The translations under genes were made by a program, and so were the position numbers. Shown here piece after piece: positions 24,700 to 35,104 of a stretch of 64,000 bases of DNA (position 1 is the first letter of the stretch; each line of letters opens with the position of its first letter). The DNA comes from Squalus acanthias (taxonomy: Eukaryota): assembly GCA_030390025.1 (NCBI GenBank), contig CM059435.1, positions 37,944,001 to 38,008,000 of the forward strand. Reading direction: 5' to 3'. Under the pieces are notes generated by a model. The model was not told where the DNA came from, searched no databases, and saw only the letters and a list, made by a program, of their open reading frames with translations.

Positions 24700-25660
24700 G
24701 AGTAACCTAATGATAGAGAGTGTGGGAAGAGGGTGAAAAAATGGCTATGAATGGTTCGGGGAGGAACAGGTGGGGAATGATGATTTATAAAGGGGCAAAG
24801 TGGAAGGGGATACACAAGAGGCCAGAGTCATAGCAACAGAGAGTTCGGGGGGCAGGGTAGGAGGAGTTTGCAGAGATAGGGAGAGGCATTGCCAGGAAAC
24901 AATTTAAACAGAGAATTTTAATAATTGGCAGGGTTGAGGGAGCTGGAGTCAATATAAGTCAGCAAGGACAGGGGTGATGGGTGAGACTTGGTGCAGGATA
25001 AGATACAGGCAGCAGAGTTTTGAATGAGTTGAAGTTTACAGAGGGGGAAGCCAGCCAGGTTAACATTGGAAGGGTGAAGTCTGGAGGTCACAAAGGTTTG
25101 GATGAGGGTTTCAGCAGCTATGTGTTAACAACAGGCAGTATGTAGATAAGAAAGAGGAGGCGGCCAAGGATAAATCCTTTGTCTCATGGACATGATGAGC
25201 TGGAGAGAGCATGAAGGGCGATACAGAAACTAGAGAAAGATATGTGTTTAGGGCTAGGACAGGGGGCTGTTTAGGGGAAGGTTTGTCTTGATGGGCAAGT
25301 GGCAGCAGCAGAAGCAGCTGAATAAATAGGCTCAATGCATGACAAAGATGCCAGTGAGCTCCTTGCATTTGTTGGCGAGGGTGGAATGGGTACGGGTTTA
25401 AAGAGATGTTTAGTAGTGTACGAAAGGAGATGGGAGTTATCTTTGTTCGCCAGGAAGATCCAGGAGCGGTTTTGGCAGGGGAGAGTCAGGCTTGATGTGG
25501 TCCAGCCAGATCTGGCGATGGATGGCTAAACCAGTTGTGTACTAGATAAGCTCAATTCTGCATCACTCAGAGTTGAGGAAGCAAAGATGGGGCCATAGCA
25601 CGGGAAACGACTAGGATGGGAAGAGAGAAAAGGCTTTACTTAGGACAAGGACCTCAGCCA
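24700..25660 (-). mobile_element. Degenerate L2 LINE fragments
   Basis: Purine-rich + strand typical of antisense L2. Resembles the reverse complement of the L2 copy at 51.5-52.5 kb (e.g. CAGAGTTTTGAATGAGTTGAAGTT). Confidence 0.5.
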
Positions 25661-25721
25661 AAGCTCTGTCCCAAAATTGGCTAACTTTATTTCTGCCATG
25701 ATTTCCCTCCTATGCCTTGAT

Positions 25722-25803
25722 CATTCTGCTGGCAGTGCAACCCACTGAAATCAAATAGGGGCCATTCTGCTGGCAGTGCAACCCACTGAAATCAAATAGG
25801 GGC
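25722..25803. repeat. Perfect 2 x 41-bp tandem duplication
   Basis: CATTCTGCTGGCAGTGCAACCCACTGAAATCAAATAGGGGC occurs twice, head to tail. Confidence 0.95.
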
Positions 25804-26559
25804 TAATTAAATGCAAGCACACACAATTGTGATCCTGCAGCATGGTTTTGACTGGGAGTCATGTTGCAGTTTTTGAGCAGTCACAGCTACTTTGTGAGAC
25901 TTCAATCTATGGAAGCAGTAACTCCGTCACTGCAAAGGTTATAACAGCTCTTATACCCTTCTCCTGATATCTAGGGACTGCATTGATCTCCTGGGCTGAC
26001 AAGAGTCACCAGGGTCTTCCTCATATCATATACCTCCCGCACTGCAGATGCGGTTTCTGGACTACAATGGTTCTATCTTCAGCACTATGAGAAGAGACCG
26101 ATGCTCCTAAATCACAACAGCCTGGACCCCTGAAATCTTGGCCTGTTGCTTATGTCGCTTCCGGGGAACAACAGCTGTCTCTTGAAAGTTGCACTTCAGC
26201 TGCTCCTGCTCTGTGGTCCACCCAGTAGTACCTCCCTGAGAGGGTGTATCTAGGCTGTTGCTTGAGTAAACAAGGTGCTCTGACAGAATGGGTGGATCAG
26301 GTGCATTTAGTGTCCTGGAGGCACCAGGCTGCTCAGATGTTTCTCTAAACATTAAGCACCTGTGAGGGATGCAAAGGACAACCAACTGACTTGTGCATCG
26401 AGATGTTACTGTCTAATAGCAGCAGGATTTTCCAATCAGAGAAATCCCAATTCTAGCATTTTGACTGACACAATTCCCCAATTCTGATCAGAGTTGACAT
26501 TTCGTCCCAACTGACAAACTGACACCTCCAGCAGGCATAGCACCCAAATTATCAATGCA

Positions 26560-27640
26560 TCAAAGGCTGTACATGTTCCTAATTTCTGGCCAAATGCCTT
26601 TGCTGGCCCTTGTCCAAGAACTACTGACCCAGCTCCCTAACCTGACACCTAAAGTTCAACTAGAGCTGAAAGGTTAGGAGCTAGTTGGAAAATCTCATGT
26701 GGGCCACCCACACTCAGTCAGACCTACTCAATGTGGTTGACTTGCACCCACTTAACTGGCCGAGCAAGCCATCAGCTGTAAACCACTCTCTTCTACTTTT
26801 GATGCCCTCATCCCCACATTCTGCTCCTTTATCCTGGTATGGCTCCCATCTTCACTGCTTCAAGTTCAAGGGCACACAACAGGCTTAACCAGCCATCACA
26901 TCAGGCTGTACCACATCAAGCACTATCAGGCCACATGCTCCTGTGCCAAGACAGTCTGCTACTCCAGAAACATCCTGGAGACCAATGATAACCCTCCACA
27001 TTATTTCACTACCATTTCCTTAAACTGTACCCCCTCATCTCCAAGTTGCGAGGAACTCATTGTGGCTTTGGTGCGCTATCCCTCCTCGTCCTCACTCACT
27101 GACCACTCTTGGATCACCACAATGCCAGGAGACTAAGCCTGATGCAATGTGCACTGTGGAAGAGCATCTTGGAGCAGCAGCAAGTGTACCTTTGAATTGG
27201 CTACAAGCCTAGCGAAGTTACCATAAAGGACTGCCTGCATGCTAAACACCAAAATGCAACAGGCTCGAAGCAGAACTAAGCTGGTCCACAACCAACGGAT
27301 CAGAACAAAGCTCTGTGGCCCTACCTCATCGAGAAAGGTGAACACTCTGAAAAGTGACGAGGAGGCGGCGCCATGATCCTCTAATCCCTGAAACAGGATG
27401 GATCCCTGCACTATGTATGCAAGCGTCTTCAGCCAGAGCTGCTGAGTGCCCAATCCTGCTTGACCTCTAATTGTGGTGCCCGCCATCACAGGTACCAGTG
27501 TAGCCTATTCAGTTAATGCCACATGACATTGGGAAACGGCTCAGTGCACTGGGCAAAGGAACATTAATGGACCGCGAGAACATTCCAGCGGAGATACAGA
27601 AGACCGGTGCATCAGAACTTGCTGCTCCAGTTCCATTGAA
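26560..27640 (+). mobile_element. Degenerate non-LTR retrotransposon ORF2 fragments (possibly the same group as the 10.2-kb tail)
   Basis: ENIPAEIQKTGASELAAP resembles the pre-RT GPDNIP..LK.CA.ELA.P motif. Otherwise heavily decayed. Confidence 0.45.
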
Positions 27641-27670
27641 ATCAATGGAAAAGAAAAAAGTGGGAGCTAG

Positions 27671-29070
27671 TTATTTAAAAAAGGTGGTAGAGAGAAAATG
27701 GGGAATTATAGACCGGTAAGCCTGACATCGATAGTGGGGAAAATGCTAGAGTCCATTATAAAAGATGTAATAGCAGAGCACTTAGAAAACAGTGACAGGA
27801 TCGGACAAAGTCAACATGGATTTACAAAAGGTAAATCATGCTTGACTAATCTACTGGAATTTTTTGAGGATGTAACTGGTAGAATAGATAAGGGAGAACC
27901 AGTGGATGTTGTGTATTTGGACTTTCAGAAGGCTTTCGATAAGGTCCCGCATAAGAGATTAGCGTGCAAAGTTAAAGCAAATGGGATTGGGGGTAAGGTA
28001 CTGTCTTGGATAGAAAACTGGTTGGCAGACAGGAAGCAAAGAGTTGGAATAAACGTGTCTTTTTCCGAGTGGCAGGCAGTGACTAGTAGGGATCGGTGCT
28101 AGGACCCGTTATTCACAATATATATTAATGATCTAGACGAGGGAACTAGATGTAATATCTCCAAGTTTGCAGAAGACACAAAGCTGGGTGGGCGTGTGTG
28201 CTGTGAGAAGGATGCAGAGAAACTCCAGTATGATTTGGACAGGTTGGGTGATTATACTGCATCTGCCCAACGCGGATAAATGCGAGGTTATCCACTTTGG
28301 TGGCAAAAACAGGAAGGCAGATTATCTGAACGGCAATAGATTGGGATAAGGGGAAGTGCAACGAGACCTGGGTGTCCTTGTGCACCAGTCGCTGAAGGTA
28401 AGCATGCAGGTGCAGCAGGCGGTTAATGCGGCAAATGGTATGTTGGCCTTCATAGCGAGAGGATTCGAGTACAGGAGCAAGGATGTCTTGCTGCAGTTGT
28501 ACAGGGCCTTGCTGAGACCACACCTTGAGTATTGTGCAGTTTTGGTCACCTTATCTGAGGAAGGATGTTCTTGCTATGGAGAGAGTGCAGTGAAGATTCA
28601 CCAGACTGATACCTGGGATGGCAGGAATGACGTATGAAGAGAGATTGGGTCGATTGGGCTTGTATTCGCTAGAGTTAAGAAGCATGAGAGGAGATCTCAT
28701 TGAAACTTATAAAATTCTAACAGGACTAGACAGACTAGATGCAGGAAGGATGTTCCCAATGGTGGGGGAGTCCAGAACCAGGGGTCACAGTCTAAGGATA
28801 AGGGGTAAGCCATTTAGGACTGAGATGAGGAGGAATTTCTTCACCCAGAGAGTGGTGAACCTGTGGAATTCTCTACCACAGAAGGCAGTTGAGGCCAATT
28901 CATTAAATATATTCAAGGAGTTAGATATATTTCTTAAGGCTAAGGGGATCAAGGGATATGGGGAGAAAACAGGGACAGGGTACTGAATTTGGATGATCAG
29001 CCATGATCGCATTGAATGGCGGAGCAGGCTCGAGGGGCCAAATGGCCTACTCCTGCTCCTATCTTCTATG
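27671..29070 (+). mobile_element. CR1 LINE, 5'-truncated (RT + 3' tail)
   Basis: ORFs 27698..28102, 28356..28637 and 28618..28986 carry CR1 RT motifs. Tail GGCCTACTCCTGCTCCTAT..CTATG. Confidence 0.95.
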
Positions 29071-29943
29071 ACAGGGGAGTGTAACAAGGGCTGCCAGTTC
29101 ACCATCACTGAATGGCAGAACAGGCATGAGGGGCTGAATAGCCTGCTCCTATAAAGTAGTAAAATTATACAACTGGAGTAGTTAATCAGACAGTTAATTG
29201 CAGCACTACAAATTACAAGCAAACTCACCAAAAGTAGCTATTTTTAGTGGTAGCAATAAAGAAAAGCATAGATACCACAGGTCTTTTAAAGCAGCAACAA
29301 AGACAGAAAGGCACTTCCAGGTTTGAACTGCATGGGAGCAAGTGACATCACCAGAGGCCTGGCCCCAGAAGTGACATCATGAGGGGCTGAAACCATTTAG
29401 TGGCTGCATAGTGTTGCTAATCATTCCCATTACCTTTTGAGGTGCAGTTGGTTTGTGGCCAACCACAACTACTATTTTGTACACAGCAATGAGATGAATG
29501 ACTAGTTAATCTATTTTTGGTTGTGTTGATTGAGGGAGGCATGTTATTGGTTGAGGAGGAATATTGGCGAGGACATAAGAACACCCTCCTTTTCACATAG
29601 TGCCATGGGAACATGCACCTGAACAGGCAGACAAGGCTTCAGTTTTAATACCATATCTGAAGAATGGGACTTCAGACAATTCTGCACTCCCTCAGTACTG
29701 TACAAATGAATATACAGGACTGGAAAAGATTATGGTCCACTTAGCCAGTCCCAGTAAATCTCATTCACCCATCATTTTTTTCTCTCGGTACTTGGGCAAC
29801 TCTCTTACAATCAGCCCCCACTCCCTCTCTTAGCAGTCTATTCCATACATTCACTACCATTTCTGTAGATAAAATTGAAATGATCTTTTCATCCTCCAAG
29901 TTTATGTGCGCTTCTTGTAGAATGTGACTATATTAAACATAGT

Positions 29944-30619
29944 GGGCAGGATTTTCCACTGGTTTTTCCAGTGCATTTTGCCAGAAATTAGCCAAACCAG
30001 CACAAAAGATCGAGCAATTTCAAGTGCTAATTACGTTCAGCGCAAATCGAGGTTCCGCGATCTTTTGCGCTGGTTTAAAAAGCATCGCGTTAGAAGCCGG
30101 CCTCGCCCACAAAACTGGCCACGTCCCAGATCGAATTAATCACCATTGCGAGTTTCCGTTAATTGCGCCCATTTGCGGGCCTTGGAGTAGGCTCTTAAAA
30201 TTAAGCTTTTTGTTTAGGTGCAAGAACACTAATAGGCACGTTTTAAAAGCTTTTAAATATTTTTTTAATTTACTAAAAAAAATTGACAACTGGACACCAA
30301 TGCAACTAGTAAATCGTTCTGTATAGTTTTTAAGCCTTTTTCAGTTATTTAAAATCAGGTTACTCACAGGTGGTGACTAGACACTTATTAAAAATGCTTA
30401 TTTTTTTGTGATAAATCCATTTTCAGCTGTATAAATAAAACTGCATCAGGTTACCACTCAAATATATCAATGAATAAAAATTATACTCTAACGCTGGCTG
30501 ATTGTGCTGGTTCATGGAAGATTTTGTGTTTGCCGATATGTAAATTGGTTTGAGCGGAAACTTGAGCAAAAAAACCTTAAAACCAGCGGAATTTGCGCCC
30601 AAAGTGGAAACTCTTGGCC
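29944..30619. mobile_element. Harbinger/PHIS-type MITE (676 bp)
   Basis: TIRs GGGCAGGATTTTCCACT / AGTGGAAACTCTTGGCC. 3-bp TSD AGT on both sides (29941-29943, 30620-30622). Confidence 0.8.
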
Positions 30620-30838
30620 AGTTTGTCTTGTCTTTAAACTTTCTCCTCAACACAACAGCCATACTCCAGCTATCAGTTTAGTTGCTCTTCATTGAATCCT
30701 TTCCAATGTCTTGCTGTCTTTTTCATAATTGTAACCAGAATTGAACAGAGTACTCCAGAGTCCAGACCCACACTCTTTACAAACTCTTGATATTTGTACT
30801 CTATTCATCTGGTTATGCAACCCAAGATCCTATTTGCT

Positions 30839-30933
30839 CTGATGAAAGGTCATCGACCTGAAACGTTAACTGTTCTCTCGTCATAGATGATGTCTGACCT
30901 GCTGAGTGTTTGCAGCATTTTCTGTTTTTATTT
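30839..30933 (+). mobile_element. Second copy of the short hammerhead-containing retroposed element
   Basis: CTGATGAAAGGTCATCGACCTGAAACGTTAACTG. TSD CCT(A/C)TTTGCTCT (30829-30840, 30934-30945). Confidence 0.7.
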
Positions 30934-31559
30934 CCTCTTTGCTCTCTTTACTGCTGCCACACACTGTGCTGATGGCTTTAACAATCTATACACCAGACCC
31001 TCCAATTGTCTGCTGTTGTGTTGTCAGATACCATTCCTTACATTGCATTACCACCTTTCCCAATATCATGACTTTGCACATGTCCACATTAAACAGCATC
31101 TGTCACTCATCACTCCAGCCCTGTACTTGTTTAGCCTGTTCCCAGTTGGCAACACCTGAAAACTTGGGAGAGTTTTGTTTGTTTCCACTTCCAAGTCATT
31201 TATGTAGATTATAAACATCAGTGGCCCCAGCACTGATTCTCAAGGCGCCCTGCTAGTTTCCTTGTTCCATGCTGATCCAGCTCCACATACAACCATGTAT
31301 AGCTTCCTCTGTTTCAGCCAATATTTAAATCCATTTCAGAAGCACTCTACCTATGCAATGTGAGATGTACTTTGTCCAAATTCCAATTTTTTATTTGAAT
31401 TTATGGTTAGAATCAGCACATAAGGAGTTAAAATAGGTCACACAAGAGCAAGATATGGCTAGTTATTTTCTGTAAGATAACAAACTTGCATGCAGGCAAG
31501 TTACATACTGTTTAATGCACCAAGGAGTTATTTCAGATGCACTGCTCCTCAAATGCTTT

Positions 31560-31692
31560 CATAGAATCATACAGCACAGGAGGCCATTCGGCCCATCGTG
31601 TGTCAGCTCTTTGAAAGAGCTATCCAATTAGTCCCACTCCCTGCTCTTTCCCCATAGTGCTGCATATTTCTCCTTTTCAAGTATATATCCAA
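31560..31692 (-). mobile_element. CR1-type 3' tail fragment
   Basis: CATAGAATCATACAGCACAGGAGGCCATTCGGCCCATCGTG terminal motif. Confidence 0.7.
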
Positions 31693-33194
31693 TTCATGAC
31701 ATTTTACTGCATAAAGTGTCATTCTATTCAGTTAGTTAATCAGGCTGCAAGATGTTCCACTGGAAGTGGTGTTGTGTGCATTTGCCTAGCCCCAAGCCAC
31801 TTTGACAAACCAAACCTGGCCTGGAGTAGTGGGCTTGACTGATAGCTGTGCCAGACTTTTGAGAAGGGGACATTGATCAGCTCTGGTTGTCTGACAAAGA
31901 GCTCGGTGACCAGAGTCTCCAAATACAGAATTATAGTGCACATCATGCGTAGATGTACAGTCAAGTTCAATCCTGCAACCCATTGACTAAAAGCTCTAGG
32001 CCAGCCCATAGAATAGATAGTTTTCAAATGGTAGCCTGCTCTGAGGTTAAGGGTGTCTATATTTTTCAAGTCTGTTCAGTGTCTTAAGCCTGTCATCGCC
32101 TCTATATTAGTTACATACTGTACTGGAGTGTCAGCCTAGACTGTATATTGAAGTCCTAGAGTAAGACTTGAAACTAGAACCTTCTGAATCAGAGGGAAAG
32201 TGTTAGCAACTGATCTTAGCTGACACTTTTGACACTACTTCTTAGGAGTCATACACATTCGTATCTCCAAAGGTAGCTGTAGGCGGCCAACATCAAAGCT
32301 TCAGCTCTCCAAGTAGCATTGCTGACTTTGTTAGAAACCAAACATTACAGATATATTGGTCAAAATGAGCAGTTAATATAAAAGCCAAGAATAACACAAA
32401 ATATTCCAGTTTTAATGTTTTACAACCAAGGCACTCCATCATTTGTACTCCAACATGTTACTTTATGCCTCAAAGTATAAACCACTTCAAATGAATGTCA
32501 CCAAGAAAGTTTGGGAGAAAACAAACTCTTAGGACCGAACTTGCAGATCTGATGTTGAACAGGCAATTTTTAAGAGATCAAGTATGTACAATAAGCACTA
32601 TTGTTAATTTGTGATCAATTAAAAAAAAGTCGCCATCAAATTACAGTAAGCTATTATACACCATAATTAAAATCACTAAAACCACACATTACTAGTTGTT
32701 TATTACTTAACAATTTGTTTTTAAAAATAAAAAGTAGTACCTCTTTGGTTAGTAGTTTTTGAAATTGCTCTGATATTACCAGAATCATAATTTTGGAAAT
32801 CAGGTCTCAGCAACTACCATATTCATGTAGTGTAATCTGCATTTTTATGAATATTTTATTCAAAAATATATCACCCCCCCTCCCCCCGTAGAATGCAGCA
32901 TTCCAGAAATGCCAAAATTAAGGTTTCAACCCATTCACTACAATGCACGAGTGGCGTGACATTAAACTGTGAATTTTGTCAAGATCCGTCATAAAATGTA
33001 TCTGTCACAAACAAAGACTTGAGCAGTTCAAAAAGAATCAAGCATGGTACAGTTTATACAAACCCAAGTATCAGTTTGTACCAGTGAAAGGGTTAACTGA
33101 AAATAAATTATGATCTCAACGGTGTGAAACAAAGCTGCAGGTCAGCATTCCCTAGTTCCAGAAGATCTGAACCTAAAAATTACAAGGGAAGATT

Positions 33195-33582
33195 CAGGGA
33201 CTTGAGCAGATAAAAGCTAGGTTGACACTCCAGTGCTGCACTGCACTGTCTGAGGAGCCGTCTTTCGGATGAGACGTTAAACCGAGGCCCCATCTGCTCT
33301 CTCAGGTGGATGTAAAAAATCCCATGGCACTATTTTGAAGAGGAGCAGGGGAATTATCCTCAGTGTCCTGGCCAATATTTATCCCTCAACCAACATAACA
33401 AAAACAGATTATCTGGTCATTGTCACATTGCTGTTTGTGGGACCTTGCTGTGCACAAATTGGCTGCCACGTTTCCCACATTACAACAGTGACTCCACTTC
33501 AAAAGTACTTCATTAGCTGTAAAGCACTTTGGGACGTCTGGTGGTCGTGAAAGGCGCTATATAAATGCAAGTCTCTTTTTTT
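33195..33582 (+). mobile_element. SacSINE1/DeuSINE-type SINE (5' head truncated)
   Basis: Deu-domain GTCTTTCGGATGAGACGTTAAACCGAGG...ATCCCATGGCACTA...GTGTCCTGGCCAA, then L2-type tail GGCGCTATATAAATGCAAGTC. Confidence 0.85.
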
Positions 33583-34125
33583 CATCAGAGTGGAATTAGT
33601 GCCTATTTTCAGTATGATTAAATGAAGAAAGTGTCAGCATTTATACATGCTAGAATGCACAGCACCCAATTTCACAAAAAATAATAAATCCGCTGCAGCA
33701 TTCAATCATACAACTAATTATCTACGAACAGACATTATAACCCAACCCCCCCACATGTGCTTTGAACGTATACAATTCTATAATTCACAGACTAGGAATG
33801 CAGAACTAAAGATGCAAAATAAAAATTATAAGCAAATAGAATGTCATTCCTGCCCATTTGTTGTTGCATCAAAATGGCTAAATTTGTAAATTTATTATAA
33901 AGCATATCCAAAAAAAGTGTCTAACACTTAACGGAGATGAGAAAACAGCTTTTATTTTGAAGATTTGTGAAGTTGAAAAAAATGCCGTTAAATTTAATTA
34001 AACGGATCTTTGTGAAAACATCTGTTAAGGGGAACTGCATTTTTATTTTTAAAACTTCCCACCATCTCAAGTCCATAACGTAAAATGCATGTAAATATCA
34101 TACACAATTAAGTACGATAAAGCAT

Positions 34126-34131
34126 TTTATT
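34126..34131 (-). terminator. Candidate ADNP polyadenylation signal AATAAA (further candidates at 33951-33956 and 32855-32860)
   Basis: TTTATT on +, about 1 kb downstream of the ADNP stop, in an AT-rich, TE-free 3' UTR. Confidence 0.5.
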
Positions 34132-35104
34132 TTCCAGAAGTGTAAATGAAAAGTACAAAGGAAAATAAAGATCACAAAAATGAAATTTACTACAGACACT
34201 ATTACATAGATGATACAATGTATACAAACACCACAGTGGTGTTTATCCCTAACATGTAACCTCGAAATAGGCAAAACCCAGCATTTCTAAATATTTGCCA
34301 TGTTTTACCCAATTCACCACGTGTGCTGATCCAAAACATAAGTTAGTGAAATCAGCATATTATGAATTTCATTTCTAGTTCTGTAAGTAATTTAGGTTGA
34401 AGGGAGACTTTAAAAATGCATTAACATTTGAAATGCCAGTAACCATCAATATTGGAGCAAAGGATACATTAAACAGCAATTTGCCATATTACAGTAAGGC
34501 CAGTTTTTATGTTCAGTAAGCTACTGGCCAAATGCTACCAAAGTTGTATAAGGATATGTGCAATAAAAACTAGTTTATAATAATGTTGACAGACACTACA
34601 GCACAACCTCCTTCAAGCAGTTATCAAGTGAACTAAATGCTGCATTTATTTAACAGCAGGGGTATCACTAAAAAAAGGTGAATCATACAGTAAATCTAGA
34701 ACAAGTACACAAGACCTATACGATAAGCTTCACTTATAATGGCTCTAAAAGACTGTAGAAATATACATTCCAGCTACGCAGACCGAGTAAATGAATAAAA
34801 CAAACTTAAAGGTCTTATTGAAATCTATAGTACAGTACACTGTTAACCAATAAGTACATGTTGGCCTTTCACTACCATAGGTAAATGAGAAAACATTTAG
34901 AAAGTAAATTACAATATGCCACTTTTGTACAACTGTAAAGCAACCCGAAGGCAGAATGCAACTAAACCTGCTGCATTTTAACGCCTCCTCTGTCTGTAAT
35001 TCTGTACCTCTGAATAGTCCTTCAAATTTTATACACTGGCTCCTTTCATTTTAAGATTCTGCACACATTTCACAGCAAGAGAGACTCCAAAACAAGTCAA
35101 ACTT

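Larger units (their letters stand above)
29704..31330 (-). mobile_element. Old CR1 fragments, themselves interrupted by a MITE and a hammerhead element
   Basis: Degenerate CR1 motifs on - (GAATTGAACAGAGTACTCCAG; GGCCCCAGCACTGATTCTCAAGG = antisense of a PQGSVLGP-like segment). Confidence 0.5.
29395..32226 (-). mobile_element. SacSINE1/DeuSINE-type SINE split in two (body 29395-29703, tRNA head 32116-32226) by a 2.4-kb composite insertion
   Basis: The body is the reverse complement of the 33195-33580 copy. The head continues the sequence exactly after the duplicated 8-mer TACTGTAC (29696-29703, 32116-32123). Confidence 0.7.

Noticed and set aside
11820-29000. Numerous RT/endonuclease ORFs as host genes or an active retroelement
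   Set aside because: All are frameshifted, 5'-truncated CR1 copies; none has an intact ORF2.
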